A stretch of 64,000 bases of DNA from a bacterium (GTDB lineage Bacteria > Desulfobacterota > DSWW01). The translations under genes were made by a program, and so were the position numbers. Shown piece after piece: positions 16,230 to 26,002 of the stretch. The notes under the pieces are model-generated. The model had not been told where the DNA came from. It worked only from the letters and a program-made list of their open reading frames with translations, and did no database searches. The stretch spans positions 30,014-94,013 of the forward strand of contig JBFLZG010000042.1 in assembly GCA_040756235.1 (NCBI GenBank), read 5' to 3'. Every line of letters begins with the position of its first letter. Position 1 is the first letter of the stretch.

Positions 16230-17558
16230 TCACGGGGCAAATTCCGCCACGCAGGAGATGTGGTAGGTCTGGGGAAACATGTCGATGAGCTGGATTCTCC
16301 TGAGACGATAGCTCGAGTAGGAGAACAGCTCGATGTCCCTGGCCAGCGTGGCCGGATTGGAAGAAAGATAGATGATCTTGCCGGGCGCAAGGGAGACGAT
16401 TCTCCCGGCAATGTCCTTGGCTCCCTTGCGGGGCGGCTCCACGATGACGACGTCGACTCGGGAGAGCTCCGACTGGACGCGTTCCAGGCCCATTTCGATG
16501 TCGCTCAGCCGGTAGTCGCAATTGTCCAGGCCGTTCTTGGCGGCGTTGCATGCGGCATCTTCCGCCGCGACGGGATGGCTCTCCAGGCCGATGACCCTTT
16601 TCACCCCGGGTGCCAGCGGCAGGCTCAGATTCCCCATGCCGCAGTAGAGATCCAGGACGATCTTGTCCCGCGTCGGCTCGATCCACTCGCCGACGATTCT
16701 CTGCAGATTCCGGTTCTGCTCGAGGTTGACCTGGCTGAAGGTGGCAAGGCGGGCCTTGGCTTCGATCTGCGCGGAGCCGGGGACGACCGGGGCGAATCGC
16801 AGGCGCAGACTGCAGTTCCCGAAGTCTTCGACCTTTTCCTGCTCGCCTCCCCTGGTTTCCAGGGAGACTCCGTACATCTTGGGGATGTGAGCCTTCAAGG
16901 CTTTCAGGAAGTCGGTCACGAACTCGCCCAGCCCGGTCGGGCTCTGGAAGGAAAGGACCGCCTCTTCCTCCAGCGGGTCGGCAAGGACTTCGACCTCGGT
17001 GAAAGGGAGGAAGTAGTCCAGCGAGTTCAGGAGTTGGCGAAGCTTGCGGACGATCTCGTTCAGGAAGGCGGGCAACAGCTCGCATCGCTCGATGGGAAGG
17101 ACTTCCCGGCAGCGGGCCCGATGGAATCCGACGACCGTCCTCTTGCGGACCTGACAATGCAGTTGGACTCTGCAGCGGTATCCGTAAGGGCTCGCAGAAG
17201 CGACGGGCGGCAGCCACTCGCATACAGCGGTGCCGGCGGCGCCCATTCTGGCCAGAGAGTCTCTGAGGGTCCGCTCCTTGGCTTCCAGCTGATACGGGTA
17301 GTGGAGATGCTGCCAGTGGCACCCGCCGCATTCCCCGAAGTAGTCGCACAAGGGCACGGCGCGATTGGACGATCGGGTTTCGAATTCTTCCACGACGCCT
17401 CTGAGGTAGTTGCGCTTGTCTTCGGAGATCTTGACCCGAACACGATCGCCGGGGGCCGTGGTGGGAACGAAGATCACCTTCTTTTGCACATGGCCGATCC
17501 CTTCGCCTCCATAGGCGAGGGACTCGATTTCGACGTTCTCGAATGATCCTGTTTTCAA
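16230..17558 (-). CDS. RlmD/TrmA-family m5U methyltransferase homolog with altered catalytic residues; start uncertain
   Basis: TRAM domain, CxxxxxCGGC Fe-S motif, FSQVN, LDLYCGMG; EPPR, SSN and HIS replace DPPR, SCN and HxE. Confidence 0.85.
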   Translation of the reverse strand: MKTGSFENVEIESLAYGGEGIGHVQKKVIFVPTTAPGDRVRVKISEDKRNYLRGVVEEFETRSSNRAVPLCDYFGECGGCHWQHLHYPYQLEAKERTLRDSLARMGAAGTAVCEWLPPVASASPYGYRCRVQLHCQVRKRTVVGFHRARCREVLPIERCELLPAFLNEIVRKLRQLLNSLDYFLPFTEVEVLADPLEEEAVLSFQSPTGLGEFVTDFLKALKAHIPKMYGVSLETRGGEQEKVEDFGNCSLRLRFAPVVPGSAQIEAKARLATFSQVNLEQNRNLQRIVGEWIEPTRDKIVLDLYCGMGNLSLPLAPGVKRVIGLESHPVAAEDAACNAAKNGLDNCDYRLSDIEMGLERVQSELSRVDVVIVEPPRKGAKDIAGRIVSLAPGKIIYLSSNPATLARDIELFSYSSYRLRRIQLIDMFPQTYHISCVAEFAP

Positions 17559-17904
17559 CGCCGTATTCCTCGCATCGGATCCGGATCTGATTGTGTCTGC
17601 TGGTCGGGATGGAGACGAGAACCTGACGGAAAGCGGCCACAAGGCCTCTGTGAATCTAGCACGAATCGATCGTCCCGTCATGTCGCCAAAGGGATCGGCG
17701 GGCGCAGGGAGAATGCGGCCGAGCCGGGCTGCTTGCACCTGTGCTGCGCACGGCATGCGCCCGTGCCGGGCCCCGGCGGCCCGGTTGACGCTGAGGCCAT
17801 TTTCACAATATACTTAAGCGCTTACTCGGGCCGCCTGGAACAGATCGTTCGGCCTTGTCTGCCCAGGATCGGCTCATTTCACAAAAGGGAAGGGAAAGCC
17901 ACCC

Positions 17905-19113
17905 ATGCCGCCTGCCAAGGTCAAGGACGCGATCGAGGACATCCGCAAGGGCAAGTTGGTCATCCTGGTCGACGATGAGGACCGGGAGAACGAAGGCGAC
18001 TTGTGCTTTGCCGCAGAGCACGTGACCCCGGAAAAGATCAACTTCATGGCGATGCACGGCAGAGGCTTGATCTGCCTCAGCATGACCGACGAGCGCCTCC
18101 AGCAGCTGGACATCCCGCTCATGGTCCAGAAGAACACGTCCCGGTTCGAGACCGCCTTCGCCGTCTCCATCGATGCCAAGACCGGCATCACCACCGGGAT
18201 TTCCGCCTATGACCGGGCCCGCACGGTCCGGCTCGCGGTGGAGAGCCAGACGAAGCCTGCGGATTTCGTGCGGCCGGGACACATCTTCCCCCTTCGCTGC
18301 AAGCCGGGCGGCGTGCTCGTGAGGACCGGGCAGACCGAAGGGTCGGTGGACCTGGCCCGGCTGGCCGGCCTGATGCCCGCAGCCGTGATCTGCGAGATCA
18401 TGAAAGACGACGGGACCATGGCCAGGATGCCGGACCTCGAGAAGATGGCGCAAGAACACGACCTGAAGATCGTCACGATTGCAGACATCATCGCCTACCG
18501 GCTCCAGAAGGAGTCGCTCGTAGAAAAGGTGGCGGAAGCGACCATACCGACCCCTTTCGGCGGGGAGTTTCGAGGCATCGTGTTTCGCAGCCGGGTGGAT
18601 CATACCGATCATCTGGCCATGGTCAAGGGGGAATTCACCCCCGAAGAGGACGTGCTGGTCCGCATGCACTCCGAATGCCTGACCGGCGACGTGTTCTTTT
18701 CCCTGCGCTGCGATTGTGGCCAGCAGCTCATCCGGGCCATGGAGATGATCGGTGAGGAAGGGAAGGGGGCCCTGATCTACATGCACCAGGAGGGCCGGGG
18801 CATCGGCCTGGTCAACAAGATCAAGGCTTACGCGCTGCAGGAGAAGGGGAAAGACACCGTCGAAGCCAACGAGGCCCTCGGCTTCAAGGCCGATCTCAGG
18901 GATTACGGCATCGGCGCGCAGATTCTGACCCATCTGGGCATCCGCAAGCTCCGCCTCATGACCAACAATCCGAAGAAGATCATCGGATTGGAGGGGTACG
19001 GACTGGAGGTCGTCGAGCAGGTGCCGATCATCGTCCAGCCGAACAGCCGGAATCTTGCCTATCTGAAAGCCAAGCAGGAGAAGATGGGGCATTTGCTGCA
19101 TCTGGAACCGTAG
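17905..19113 (+). CDS. ribBA: Bifunctional DHBP synthase / GTP cyclohydrolase II
   Basis: DDEDRENEGD, HSECLTGD..RCDCG, QEGRGIGL, TNNPKK. Confidence 0.97.
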   Translation: MPPAKVKDAIEDIRKGKLVILVDDEDRENEGDLCFAAEHVTPEKINFMAMHGRGLICLSMTDERLQQLDIPLMVQKNTSRFETAFAVSIDAKTGITTGISAYDRARTVRLAVESQTKPADFVRPGHIFPLRCKPGGVLVRTGQTEGSVDLARLAGLMPAAVICEIMKDDGTMARMPDLEKMAQEHDLKIVTIADIIAYRLQKESLVEKVAEATIPTPFGGEFRGIVFRSRVDHTDHLAMVKGEFTPEEDVLVRMHSECLTGDVFFSLRCDCGQQLIRAMEMIGEEGKGALIYMHQEGRGIGLVNKIKAYALQEKGKDTVEANEALGFKADLRDYGIGAQILTHLGIRKLRLMTNNPKKIIGLEGYGLEVVEQVPIIVQPNSRNLAYLKAKQEKMGHLLHLEP

Positions 19114-19118
19114 CCTAG

Positions 19119-19269
19119 GAGCCTGTCCAAGGATTCGGCTCCGGGAGGCTGTTCAGAAATGTCCAGATGCAAGGCGCGCGAAATCCTGAGGAATGAGGCG
19201 TACATGGGAGTACGCCGCAATGACGAAGGATGAGCGCAACGCCGCAGATGGGCATTTATGGACAGCCTC
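19119..19269 (+). mobile_element. MITE-like repeat, copy 1 (151 bp)
   Basis: Terminal inverted repeats GAGCCTGTCC / GGACAGCCTC with CTAG on both sides; homologous copies elsewhere in the window. Confidence 0.8.
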
Positions 19270-19288
19270 CTAGAACGAGGAAGCTTCG

Positions 19289-19945
19289 ATGCCGATCAAG
19301 ATTCAGGTCCTCAACGACATCCTCGAGTTCAACGAATCGTTCGCGACCGAGAACCGCCGTGTGTTCGACCGCAACAAGACGTTCGCGGTCAACCTGATGA
19401 GCTCTCCCGGTGCCGGCAAGACGACGCTGCTCGAGAGGACCCTGGAGCGGCTGGCCCCCGCCTCCGTCGCGGTCATCGAAGGAGACATGCGTACCACCCG
19501 GGATGCTGAACGCCTGGAGCGCTTCGGTATTCAGATCGTGCAGATCAACACGGGCAATGCCTGCCACCTGGACGGCCAGATGGTTCACAACGCGCTGCAA
19601 GAGCTCGACTTGGGCGGGGTCCGGCTCCTCCTGATCGAGAACGTGGGAAACCTGGTCTGTCCGGCCGAGTTCCGCATGGGAGAGCACGCCAAGGTGGCTG
19701 TCCTGAGCGTGACCGAAGGGGAGGACAAGCCGCTGAAGTATCCTCTCATGTTCCGCGAATCCTCCCTGTGCGTCTTCAACAAGACCGATCTCCTGCCCCA
19801 TCTTGACTACCGGCTGGAAGAGGCGATCCAGAATGCCCGCCAGATCAACCCGAAGCTCGAGCATCTGGCCATGTCCTGCAAGACCGGAGAAGGCCTGGAT
19901 CGCTGGATCTCCTGGCTTCAGGCCGGCATCGACCGGATGGCCTGA
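19289..19945 (+). CDS. hypB: Hydrogenase nickel incorporation GTPase
   Basis: SSPGAGKT, CHLD, ENVGNLVCPA, EGEDKPLKYP. Confidence 0.95.
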   Translation: MPIKIQVLNDILEFNESFATENRRVFDRNKTFAVNLMSSPGAGKTTLLERTLERLAPASVAVIEGDMRTTRDAERLERFGIQIVQINTGNACHLDGQMVHNALQELDLGGVRLLLIENVGNLVCPAEFRMGEHAKVAVLSVTEGEDKPLKYPLMFRESSLCVFNKTDLLPHLDYRLEEAIQNARQINPKLEHLAMSCKTGEGLDRWISWLQAGIDRMA

Positions 19946-19984
19946 CGGCGCGGCCCTGCAGCTCCCTGTGAAAGGTGTCATTCG

Positions 19985-20326
19985 ATGCACGAGATGGGCC
20001 TGGCCCAAAACATCCTGGATATCGTGCTGAGGAGCGCTCGGCAGAACCAGGCGAGCCGCATCGTACGGATTTCGGTCCGGGCGGGGCAGCTGCGCGGCAT
20101 CGTTCCCGACCAGCTGCGGTTCTGCTTCGGCTTCGTGGCCAAGGACTCCATGGCCGAAGGCGCGGAGCTTGCGATCCAGACGGTCCCGATCCGGGCGAAG
20201 TGCAAGCGCTGCAGTCAGGAGTTCCAGGTGGAGGAGTTCCGGTTCGTCTGCCCGGGTTGCGAGAACGTGGACCTGGAGCTGCTTCAGGGCAAGGAGCTGA
20301 TGATCGAGAACATCGAAGTGATCTGA
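19985..20326 (+). CDS. hypA: Hydrogenase nickel metallochaperone
   Basis: MHE N-terminus, two CxxC motifs, GKEL. Confidence 0.95.
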   Translation: MHEMGLAQNILDIVLRSARQNQASRIVRISVRAGQLRGIVPDQLRFCFGFVAKDSMAEGAELAIQTVPIRAKCKRCSQEFQVEEFRFVCPGCENVDLELLQGKELMIENIEVI

Positions 20327-20377
20327 CGCCCGCGCACGCCTGTCCCGTCGCTCCCGACTCCGGTCCGAGGAAGCGTC

Positions 20378-21694
20378 TTGGATTTTCCCACTTTCTTCAT
20401 CGAAACTCTCGGCTGCCAGATGAACGAGCAGGACTCGCTGCGGATGCGGCACCGGCTCGCCCAGGCGGGGTATCGCCCGGCCAGCCGGCCCGAGGAAGCG
20501 GACGTTCTGATCGTCAATACCTGCAGCATCCGGCAAAAGGCGGAAGACAAAGCATACAGCGTCCTCGGCAGGTACCGGCTGATCAAGAAATCGCGGCCCG
20601 GCTGCCTCATCGCGGTAGCCGGATGCCTGGCGCAGCAGAAGGGAGAGGCGCTCCTGGAACGCGTGCCGGATCTGGACTTGGTCTTCGGGCCGCGCCGGGT
20701 GATCGAGGTGGACCGCCTTCTGGAGGAGTGCCGGCAGCGCCCCGGGACGCTCGTCGCCCCGTCCCGATCCGCCGGGGGACCGGATGAGCTGGATTGCCCC
20801 GGTGTAACCGACGAGACCGGTCTGAAGGCTTACGTCACGATCATGGAAGGCTGCGACAATGGCTGCAGCTACTGCATCGTCCCCCGGGTCCGGGGCAGGA
20901 AGAGGAGCCGGCCTCACCGGTCGATCCGCGAGGAGGCGTTGCAGCTCGTCTCTCGAGGGGTGCGGGAGATCACGGTTCTGGGCCAGAACGTAACCGCCTA
21001 CCGCTGCCCGGAAGACGAACATTTCGCCTTTCCGGAGCTGCTGAACATGCTGTGCCGCATCGACGGTCTGGAGAGGCTGCGCTTCACCACCTCTCACCCC
21101 AAGGACACGGGGCCGGAGCTGATCGAGTGCTTCGGCCGGCTCGCCCCCCTGTGCGAGCACGTTCATCTGCCGCTGCAATCCGGCAGCGACCGCATGCTGC
21201 GCGCGATGAGGAGAGGGTACACCCTCGAGGAATACCTCGAAACCATCCGCGCCCTGCGGGACAGGGTCCCGGAGATCGCCGTTACGTCCGACATCATCGT
21301 CGGCTTTCCGGGCGAGGAGGAAAAGGACTTCGAGGACACTCTGGAGGCGATACGAGCCATTCGATTCGATAATCTGTTTTCCTTCAAGTTCTCGCCGCGG
21401 CCCGGGACCCGGGCTTCCCTGCTCGCCCGTCCCCTGCCGGAGTCGGAGAAGGCGCGCAGGCTCGAAATCCTCCAGGATGCCCAGCGCGCGATCTCCCTTT
21501 CCAAGAACCGGCGCCTGGAGCAAACGGAAGTCGAGGTGCTCGTGGAGGGCAGGAGCCGGTCCGGGGACCAGTGGACGGGACGGACCCGAACGAACAAGAT
21601 CGTGAACTTCGCCGGGCCGGTCGGGCTCTTCGGGAGTATGCGGCCCGTCACGATCGTGCACGGGGGCCCGAACTCGCTCCTGGGGCGGCTCTGA
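20378..21694 (+). CDS. miaB: tRNA 2-methylthio-i6A37 methylthiotransferase
   Basis: GCQMN..DS, NTCSIR..AE.K, CxxxCxxC, TRAM domain. Confidence 0.92.
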   Translation: MDFPTFFIETLGCQMNEQDSLRMRHRLAQAGYRPASRPEEADVLIVNTCSIRQKAEDKAYSVLGRYRLIKKSRPGCLIAVAGCLAQQKGEALLERVPDLDLVFGPRRVIEVDRLLEECRQRPGTLVAPSRSAGGPDELDCPGVTDETGLKAYVTIMEGCDNGCSYCIVPRVRGRKRSRPHRSIREEALQLVSRGVREITVLGQNVTAYRCPEDEHFAFPELLNMLCRIDGLERLRFTTSHPKDTGPELIECFGRLAPLCEHVHLPLQSGSDRMLRAMRRGYTLEEYLETIRALRDRVPEIAVTSDIIVGFPGEEEKDFEDTLEAIRAIRFDNLFSFKFSPRPGTRASLLARPLPESEKARRLEILQDAQRAISLSKNRRLEQTEVEVLVEGRSRSGDQWTGRTRTNKIVNFAGPVGLFGSMRPVTIVHGGPNSLLGRL

Positions 21695-21787
21695 AGAACA
21701 AGGGACGGGAAAGATCCCTTGACACCTCGCGTGCCGGGTGTGAGATAATGGCGCCTGTCACGCGTCGGACGCCAAAGGGAGAGCCTC

Positions 21788-22291
21788 ATGTTTCTAGAAA
21801 TGAAGATCGCAGGGATCACGCTCGATCCCTCCTCCAATATGCCCATCATCATTTTGAAAGACCTGAATGGGGACAATGCGCTTCCCATCTGGATCGGGAT
21901 CGCCGAGGCCAGCGCGATCGCCACCAAGCTGGAAAACATCGATCTCGCCCGGCCGATGACCCATGATCTGCTGCGGAACATCCTGGCCAAGCTCGAGGTC
22001 AAGCTGGAGAAGATCGAAGTAACGGATCTCCGCGACAATACGTTCTACGCGAACATCTACCTCAAGGTGGGCAACCAGGTGGTGCCGGTCGATTCCCGCC
22101 CCAGCGATGCCATCGCCCTGGCCCTGCGCACCGATTCGCCCATCTTCGTTGATGAAGAGGTGATCAAGAAGTCCAGGCGCTCCGACCTCAAAGTGGACAA
22201 GGCAGAGGAAGGATCCGAGGGGCAGAAGGACCGGTGGACGGAAATTCTTGAGAGCCTGTCACCGGACGCTTTCGGCAAATACAAGATGTAA
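21788..22291 (+). CDS. Bifunctional nuclease family (DUF151) protein
   Basis: LPIWIG..EA, RPMTHDL, DSRPSDAIALA. Confidence 0.92.
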   Translation: MFLEMKIAGITLDPSSNMPIIILKDLNGDNALPIWIGIAEASAIATKLENIDLARPMTHDLLRNILAKLEVKLEKIEVTDLRDNTFYANIYLKVGNQVVPVDSRPSDAIALALRTDSPIFVDEEVIKKSRRSDLKVDKAEEGSEGQKDRWTEILESLSPDAFGKYKM

Positions 22292-22467
22292 GCCTTCGCA
22301 TTCCGCTTTCCTCCCTCCTTTGAAACCTCGCCCGCACAGGGCGTTTGCGAGTTCTTTCCGTGCCGCCCGCCGCCGATCCCCCGGCATGCCTCCGACGGCC
22401 CTTCACGGTGGGCATTACCTTGTCTCAGGGCGAGGGCGCATCTTTTCGTGTGTTTTTTTGATGAAAA

Positions 22468-24552
22468 ATGGTAAATTTTTTCCCACCTCCTTCCGATGTT
22501 GATTCTTGGGAGTCGGATGAGGGTAAGGGTCCGGCATCGGTGCCGGCGCAGGCTTCGTGGGAAGGAAAGTCCGGGGGGGATCCTGACTCGATGCTCGCAC
22601 AGAAGCGACCCGCAGGTTCGAGCGACCGGCAAATCCAGGCGATGCTCGCCGATGCGTTGGGACCTCACCTCGCCGATTTTCGATCGAGCGGGCCCGAAGG
22701 CGGCCTGCCCCGCCTGGAGACTTTCGACAGCATCCTGTACAGCCTGGACAAGCAGGATCTCATCCAGATTCTGAAGACCACGGAGATCTTGTCGGCGGCG
22801 GTGAGCCCTCGGGTTGCCCTGCACACTCTGGTGCGGAAGGTCGCCGAGATCCTGGACGCGTCCCGCTGCTCCCTGATCTTCCTGTCCCGGGACAGGAAGG
22901 CCGGGACCGTGGCCATTTCCCATGAGGCGGTCGACTTCGAGGGCGTGACCATCTCGCTGGACGTCTATCCGGAGATCCTGCAGGCCGTGCAGAGCGGGGC
23001 CATCACGATCGTCAAGGATCCGGCCCGGGATCCGCTGATGCACGCTCTCAAGCAAGAGCAGCTGCGCACGATTCGGGATGTCTCCATCATGTCGCTGCCG
23101 CTGGTCTTCCGCAAACAGGCCTTTGCAGTCCTGCTGGTGCGCAAGCGCCGCTCCGAGGAGGGTTTCAACATCCGCGAGGTGAGGATGTGCCAGCTCGTCC
23201 TCGGAATGGTCGTCAGGACCTTGCAGCGCATGTGCGAGGGACCGGGAGCCGAGGAGACGGCGAAGCCCGGGTCGACCCCGGCGCAGCCGGAGGAGGGCGG
23301 CACGGGTTTGGGGAAGGACTCGATCCTGTTTCGGGCGGCTCCGGTCGGCATCCTCCTGCTCGACCGCAACGACCGGGTGATCCGGGCCAATCCGCAAGCC
23401 AGCGAGATCACCGGCATCCCGGAGGAAACACTGGTGGGGATGAGCTACGCCGAGATCGTACCGGCCGAACGGATCGAAGAGATCCGGCGCATGCGGAAGT
23501 CGCTCGCTGCCGAAGGGGAGCTGCTGCGCTATCATCTCAGCTATCAGGGTCCCGGGGAAGAGACGAAGACCCTTTCCTTCGAGCGCCATCCGCTGGCGGC
23601 GCCCGACGGTCACGCCTGTATCTTCTTCCGCGATGTAACCAAGGAGAAGGAGCTGGAAGAACATCTGCAGGGGAAGACGCGTCAGCTCACCAAGGCCAAC
23701 CGCAGACTGCAGGAGGCACGGTCGTCCCTCCTGCAGCGCAATCGGGAACTCCACCGGACGAACGAGCGTCTGGAGGAGCTGCACAAAATGAAGACGGCTT
23801 TTCTCGCCATCGCCACCCATGAGATCCGCACGCCGCTGAGCATCATCCTGGGATACGACCGCATTCTGCTGCAGGAGAAGTTCGGGTCTCTCAAACAAGA
23901 GCAGCGGAGAATCCTGGACGAGTCGGTCCAAAGCTGCGAGCGGCTCCTCAATATCGTCAACGAGATGCTCGACTTCACCAAGCTCGAGAGCGGTAAGTGG
24001 AAGCTCCAGCAGAGAGAGGATGACATCGTGCCTCTGCTGAGAAGGGTGTACCGCCAGATGAAGATGATCTCCGAGCGCGCGGGCATCCGCTTCGACCTCG
24101 ATCTGCCGGAAGGCCCCACCCGTCTGTTCTTCGACCCGGATCGCATCGAGCAGGTGCTCGTGAATCTGCTGAGCAACGCCATCAAGTTCACTCCTGAGGG
24201 AGGCAGCATCAGCCTTGCGGCCGCGCCGAAGGGAGGCCCCGGGTCCGGCTGGTTCGAGATCGCCGTCTCCGACACCGGCAGCGGCTTGCCCCCGGAGTCG
24301 CTGAACAAAGTGTTCGATGGGCTGTACCCCTTTTCTGCCGAGAGTAGCGAGCGCGGTGGGGCCAAGAGCATGGGGGTGGGGCTGGGGCTGGGGATCAGCA
24401 AGCGGATCATCGAGGCGCACGGAGGCCGCATCGAGGCGAGAAGCCGGGAAGGACAGGGGTCCACTTTCCTCTTTTGTCTGCCGCTCCAGGCGGATCGGAC
24501 TTCGCCGGCTCCGCAGGAAGCGGACAGCGTGCGCAAGGGCCAGCCGGCATGA
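22468..24552 (+). CDS. GAF-PAS sensor histidine kinase; start uncertain
   Basis: THEIRTPL H-box, NLLSNAIKFT, DTGSG, GLGLGIS. Confidence 0.93.
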   Translation: MVNFFPPPSDVDSWESDEGKGPASVPAQASWEGKSGGDPDSMLAQKRPAGSSDRQIQAMLADALGPHLADFRSSGPEGGLPRLETFDSILYSLDKQDLIQILKTTEILSAAVSPRVALHTLVRKVAEILDASRCSLIFLSRDRKAGTVAISHEAVDFEGVTISLDVYPEILQAVQSGAITIVKDPARDPLMHALKQEQLRTIRDVSIMSLPLVFRKQAFAVLLVRKRRSEEGFNIREVRMCQLVLGMVVRTLQRMCEGPGAEETAKPGSTPAQPEEGGTGLGKDSILFRAAPVGILLLDRNDRVIRANPQASEITGIPEETLVGMSYAEIVPAERIEEIRRMRKSLAAEGELLRYHLSYQGPGEETKTLSFERHPLAAPDGHACIFFRDVTKEKELEEHLQGKTRQLTKANRRLQEARSSLLQRNRELHRTNERLEELHKMKTAFLAIATHEIRTPLSIILGYDRILLQEKFGSLKQEQRRILDESVQSCERLLNIVNEMLDFTKLESGKWKLQQREDDIVPLLRRVYRQMKMISERAGIRFDLDLPEGPTRLFFDPDRIEQVLVNLLSNAIKFTPEGGSISLAAAPKGGPGSGWFEIAVSDTGSGLPPESLNKVFDGLYPFSAESSERGGAKSMGVGLGLGISKRIIEAHGGRIEARSREGQGSTFLFCLPLQADRTSPAPQEADSVRKGQPA

Positions 24553-25937
24553 GCCGAAAGCATCTGGCAGTGATCGACGACGACAGGAGCTTTCGTGCCT
24601 ACCTGGAGACCCTCCTGCAATCGATGGGCTATCAGGTGAGCTGTTTCGCCTCCGGGGAGGAAGCTCTTGGCGCCTTTGAGAAGGGGCTGGATCCGAGCCT
24701 GGTCATCCTGGACATCATCATGGAAGGGTTGAGCGGGGTCGAGGTTCTGAAGAAGCTTCGCGCCATGAGAGAACAGCTGCCGGTCATCATGCTCACGGGA
24801 GTGGACCACACCCAGACGATCGTAGAGGCGATGCGCCTGGGAGCCAGCGACTACCTGGTCAAGCCTTTCGAGCCGGAAGAGATCGAGATCGCACTGAAGA
24901 ATGTCTTCGAGAGGGCCGGCCTGGTGGAGGAGATCCGGCGCTTGCGGGAACGGCTCGAGCGAGACGATGGCGAGGAAGGCATCTTCCTCAGCGAGAAGAT
25001 GCGTTCGGTCGAAGAGGTGATCCTGCAGGTCGCAGAAACGGACGTGACCGTGCTGATCCACGGAGAAAGCGGCGTCGGCAAGGAGGTGGTGGCCCGCAGG
25101 GTTCATGCCCTGTCCCATAGGTCCGCACGCCCTTTCGTCAAGGTGAACTGTGCCGCGTTGCCGCAGGACCTGCTGGAAAGCGAGCTGTTCGGGTACGAAA
25201 AGGGAGCCTTCACCGGTGCGACCCGGACGAAGCCCGGCAAGTTCGAGCTGGCCGAGGGCGGCACCATCTTTCTGGATGAGATCGGCGAGATCAGCCTGGC
25301 CACCCAGGCCAAGCTCTTGCAGGTCCTGCAAGACGGAGAGTACGCGCACCTCGGAGGCAAGCTGAACCTGCGGGTGGACGTCCGGGTGCTGGCGGCGACC
25401 AACAAGAACCTCGAAGCGATGATCGCAGAAAGATCTTTTCGTGAGGACCTGTATTACCGGCTCAACGTGATCAACCTCCATGTCCCTCCGCTGAGGGAGC
25501 GCAAGGAGGAGATCCCGGTCTTCTGCGAGAGCTTCCTCAAGAAGTTCTCGCGCCAGTTCAACAAGAAGGTCCCGCGCCTGCCGGACACGCTCCTGGATGC
25601 CTTCCAGCGACACGATTGGCCCGGCAATATCCGGGAGCTCGAGAACATGATCAAGCGCTACGTCGTGCTCCGGGACGAGAGGATCATCCACAATGAGCTG
25701 GCCGCCAGCTCGCCCATGGTGATCGAGGAGATCGATCTGGATTTTTCCGAGCTCATCGAGAGCGGGCGGCCGACGGCCCTGAAGGAGATCGACAAGCAGG
25801 TGGCCCGCAAGGCCGAGGGCGCGTTGATCTCACGCGTCTTGCAGCACACGCGGGGCAACAAGCGGAAGGCGGCCGAGATTCTGCAGATCAGCTACAAGGC
25901 CCTCCTTTACAAGATCAAGGAATGCGGGTTCGCTTGA
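24549..25937 (+). CDS. Sigma54-dependent response regulator 1 (NtrC family)
   Basis: REC (IDDD, ILD), [22 protein letters not shown], Fis HTH. Confidence 0.95.
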   Translation: MSRKHLAVIDDDRSFRAYLETLLQSMGYQVSCFASGEEALGAFEKGLDPSLVILDIIMEGLSGVEVLKKLRAMREQLPVIMLTGVDHTQTIVEAMRLGASDYLVKPFEPEEIEIALKNVFERAGLVEEIRRLRERLERDDGEEGIFLSEKMRSVEEVILQVAETDVTVLIHGESGVGKEVVARRVHALSHRSARPFVKVNCAALPQDLLESELFGYEKGAFTGATRTKPGKFELAEGGTIFLDEIGEISLATQAKLLQVLQDGEYAHLGGKLNLRVDVRVLAATNKNLEAMIAERSFREDLYYRLNVINLHVPPLRERKEEIPVFCESFLKKFSRQFNKKVPRLPDTLLDAFQRHDWPGNIRELENMIKRYVVLRDERIIHNELAASSPMVIEEIDLDFSELIESGRPTALKEIDKQVARKAEGALISRVLQHTRGNKRKAAEILQISYKALLYKIKECGFA

Positions 25938-26002
25938 GCCGGGCCGCGAACTGCGGGCGGCCAAGCTCTGACTCGGACAGGCGCTGAAGAGGTTCTGGCT
26001 GC

